NCBI GenBank assembly: GCA_043812195.1
Contig: JBDRML010000037.1
Span: 1 to 12,950, forward strand
DNA: 12,950 nucleotides
Direction: 5' to 3'
Origin: Candidatus Woesearchaeota archaeon
GTDB lineage: Archaea; Nanobdellota; Nanobdellia; SCGC-AAA011-G17; PNOQ01
The translations under genes were made by a program, and so were the position numbers. Shown here one piece after another: positions 12,309 to 12,950 of this stretch. The notes below the pieces were generated by a model that was given only the letters and a program-made list of their open reading frames with translations, did no database searches and was not told where the DNA came from. Position 1 is the first letter of the stretch. Every line of letters starts with the position of its first letter.

Positions 12309-12950
12309 ATGTTTTACGATCCTTTACAAAGAAGATTGAAACAGATGGAGGGTGAGAATCCTTCGCTAAATAAGCATCCGCAAGGATTTTGGAAAGGTTT
12401 CAGAGAGAGATCTTATTTCTCGAAAAGATTTTTATCTGGGATAGTTGAGACCATTCCACAATTTACTCATCGTTATGGTTCTAATGCTGATCGAATTTTT
12501 GATTATAAAAAAGGATTTGAAAATGTAGGTTATCCTGAACAAACAGTGAATTGGTTAGAAGAAGCATTAAAAGATATTATTGTATCTGGTGAGATAAGAA
12601 GCAGAGTAGAAAAAGACTTAGAAATAGCAAGAAAACATGCGTATAATTCTGGAGTGAAATTAAGGGAAGTGGATGTTAACGGCATACTTGGTTTGCATGA
12701 AACAGACATGAGAACTTCCGGGTATAAGTACGTTCCAGGATGGCTGAACAAAGCAATTGCATACATTGAACTAGCAGAAGAGAAAAGGGGCGATGCAGAA
12801 TTGTATTCATTAGCAAGAGAATATTTAGAGGAGTCATTGATTGTTTTGAAAAAAGTAGAAGAAGAACAAAGAGAACTTGAAGGAGTTATTCAAACAATGT
12901 TAGACTCTTGTCAACCAAGAAAAAAAGATTTGACTTTTTCTCAAGCGTAA
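12309..12950 (+). CDS. hypothetical protein (213 aa), no family recognised; the stop codon is the last triplet of the window
   Basis: Complete ATG..TAA ORF. It is visibly more GC-rich than the core genes, and its C-terminal part looks helical and charged. Confidence 0.65.
   Translation: MFYDPLQRRLKQMEGENPSLNKHPQGFWKGFRERSYFSKRFLSGIVETIPQFTHRYGSNADRIFDYKKGFENVGYPEQTVNWLEEALKDIIVSGEIRSRVEKDLEIARKHAYNSGVKLREVDVNGILGLHETDMRTSGYKYVPGWLNKAIAYIELAEEKRGDAELYSLAREYLEESLIVLKKVEEEQRELEGVIQTMLDSCQPRKKDLTFSQA

Noticed and set aside
11473-12766. Track ORFs 11473-11718(+) and 12530-12766(-)
   Set aside because: They are antisense to the kinase-like gene and to ORF 12309-12950 respectively, and are shadow frames without support.

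Overview
This is an AT-rich, gene-dense window with archaeal hallmarks: deoxyhypusine synthase, ATP-dependent DNA ligase, a TrmB-type regulator, FtsZ, and TATA boxes about 29 nt upstream of start codons, which suggests leaderless mRNAs. A small-genome, DPANN-like archaeon is my inference, not something shown directly. Positions 1-9400 hold ordinary core genes, mostly on the minus strand. They include two oddities: a 36-bp perfect direct repeat bracketing a 2-gene module, and hairpins around ftsZ that present GATCRCC in their loops. From about 10157 (possibly about 9600) to the window end the architecture changes. Consecutive single genes, each with its own TATA box, are each enclosed by their own perfect 13-14 bp inverted repeat. 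These cassettes are separated by short, conserved, GC-rich junction modules carrying a CGA plus C-(G/A)NA-G triloop mini-hairpin whose stem changes are compensatory. Three filled cassettes carry a zinc-ribbon mini-protein, a Cys-rich unknown protein and an APH-like kinase on the opposite strand. There is also one cargo-less arm pair and a probable fourth cassette that runs off the window. The layout resembles integron or mobile-insertion-cassette logic but fits neither canonical model, and no recombinase is visible in the window. I consider this the candidate undescribed system.
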